Shown: one piece after another, positions 63,221 to 64,000 of the stretch | How the letters are laid out: each line of letters begins with the position of its first letter | Position numbering within the stretch: position 1 is the stretch's first letter | Origin: an uncultured Lachnospiraceae bacterium | GTDB lineage: Bacteria; Bacillota; Clostridia; Lachnospirales; Lachnospiraceae | Assembly: GCA_947382355.1 (NCBI GenBank) | Contig: CANCYR010000003.1 | Location: forward strand, 52,139 to 116,138 | DNA length: 64,000 nucleotides | Direction: 5' to 3' | Translations under genes and position numbers: made by a program | The notes under the pieces: model-generated | What the model was told of the DNA's origin: nothing | Database searches by the model: none | What the model saw: only the letters and a program-made list of their open reading frames with translations

Positions 63221-64000
63221 ATGGAACAGCAGAACATTCAAAGAAAAAGAAGGCCGCTGACAGCAGAAGAACGGCGGCAGCGGGAAATCCGAAGAAGAAA
63301 ACGCAGAAGAAAGGTATATCTGGCAAGAACCATAGCAGCCCTTACTGCTCTTTTTCTGGTTTTTATTATTTCATTTGGCATAAAGCAGCTGGCAGGTTTC
63401 ATAAAAAGCAAATGGGCAGTAAAGGAAACTATCGGCATTTCCAAAGAAATGGAGGAGCCGGTAAATTCAGTATCCAAAAAGAAAGTGGCAAGGCCGGAAT
63501 TTGAAGTGGACCTGCTTACCGTCAATGAATATTCCAGACCGGGCTATCTGCTGCCTGAGGTGAAAAATATTTTCGTCCATTATACGGCAAATAAAGGCAC
63601 AAGCGCAGCCAATAACAAAAGCTATTTTGAAAATTTGAAGGATACCCATGAAACTTCAGCCAGCGCACATTTTATTATCGGTTATGAGGGGGAAGCGATT
63701 CAGTGCATTCCTTTATCGGAAATAGACTATGCAGTTAAGCGGCGCAACTATGACTCCGTATCTATTGAGTGCTGTTATGTGGATGAAAACGGAAAATTTA
63801 CTGAGGCTACTTATAATAAGCTGGTGGAAATGCTGGCATGGCTGGTAACCAATTTTGATTTAAGACCGGCAGATATTTTACGCCATTATGATGAGGGCGG
63901 CAAATTATGTCCCAAATATTATGTGGAGAATGAAAACGAGTGGAACGGGCTCATAGAGGATGTGGCGGCATATATAGAAAAATTTGGAGTTTTGGAGGAA
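63221..64000 (+). CDS. N-acetylmuramoyl-L-alanine amidase (Amidase_2/PGRP type) with Arg-rich N-terminus and a single TM anchor. Runs off the 3' end of the window.
   Basis: My own translation from ATG 63221 is MEQQNIQRKRRPLTAEERRQREIRRRKRRRKVYLARTIAALTALFLVFIISFG...EVDLLTVNEYSRPGYLLPEVKNIFVHYTANKGTSAANNKSYFEN...SAHFIIGYEGEAIQCIPLSEIDYAV...SIECCY...ILRHYDEGGKLCPKYY. The frame stays open to position 64000. It is not in the ORF track, which lists an out-of-frame ORF at 63208..63504 instead. Confidence 0.8.
   Translation, partial: MEQQNIQRKRRPLTAEERRQREIRRRKRRRKVYLARTIAALTALFLVFIISFGIKQLAGFIKSKWAVKETIGISKEMEEPVNSVSKKKVARPEFEVDLLTVNEYSRPGYLLPEVKNIFVHYTANKGTSAANNKSYFENLKDTHETSASAHFIIGYEGEAIQCIPLSEIDYAVKRRNYDSVSIECCYVDENGKFTEATYNKLVEMLAWLVTNFDLRPADILRHYDEGGKLCPKYYVENENEWNGLIEDVAAYIEKFGVLEE

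Noticed and set aside
1-64000. Search for a CRISPR array, cas genes, restriction-modification, toxin-antitoxin, an integrase/transposase or a prophage block
   Set aside because: I found no regularly spaced direct repeats with unique spacers and no recognisable nuclease, methylase, integrase or phage structural motifs in any listed ORF. The only repeat families are the palindromic intergenic elements and leader repeat F, both reported above. Without HMM searches I cannot exclude a cryptic defence function among the hypothetical proteins.

Overview
The window is 64 kb of chromosome from a low-GC (by eye about 40-45 % GC) Gram-positive anaerobe. Gene content and order look like Clostridia, possibly Lachnospiraceae: a T-box followed by cysE-cysS-mrnC-rlmB-sigH, a class-3 FBPase, SCIFF with its radical-SAM maturase, a SecDF fusion and NiaR. 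I had no database search, so every family call rests on motifs I recognised by eye.

**Layout**
- **1-15 kb:** a head-to-tail array of three very large secreted GH13 enzymes, two unrelated alpha-amylases and a type I pullulanase. All three end in the same non-catalytic C-terminal module of about 500-640 aa: MBG-like repeats, Cys/His knuckle repeats, a BspA-type LRR and a Lys-rich tail.
- **15-22.5 kb:** housekeeping genes (ispF, an Eis-like GNAT, a Cys T-box, cysE, cysS, mrnC, rlmB, sigH, tRNA-Thr).
- **22.7-29.2 kb:** an accessory-looking block with two lipoproteins (one with a YARHG domain) and a stand-alone receiver protein translationally coupled to a 925-aa polytopic membrane protein.
- **29-64 kb:** mostly housekeeping. 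It holds PBP1A, yigZ, mgtE, typA, a lysine riboswitch with dapA-dapB, fbp, a hisA-like gene, csp, niaR with a PfoR-like permease, tRNA-Ser, an amidase/GH25 autolysin, rpsO-pnp, an orphan LytTR regulator, a CNNM gene, SCIFF scfA/scfB, secDF, an XRE/TPR regulator and a partial Amidase_2 gene.

**Most notable observations**
1. The shared C-terminal cassette on the three GH13 enzymes, with no recognisable classical wall anchor.
2. A family of modular GC-rich palindromic MITE-like intergenic elements. There are five copies; two share an identical 65-nt core and one is flanked by an 8-bp direct repeat.
3. A 47-aa SCIFF precursor gene that the ORF track misses because of its length cutoff.
4. A roughly 65-bp repeat inserted in the 5' leaders of both dapA and pnp.
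5. An amidase/GH25 fusion with an internal two-helix membrane hairpin and no signal peptide.

I recognised no CRISPR array, prophage, transposase or known defence system.
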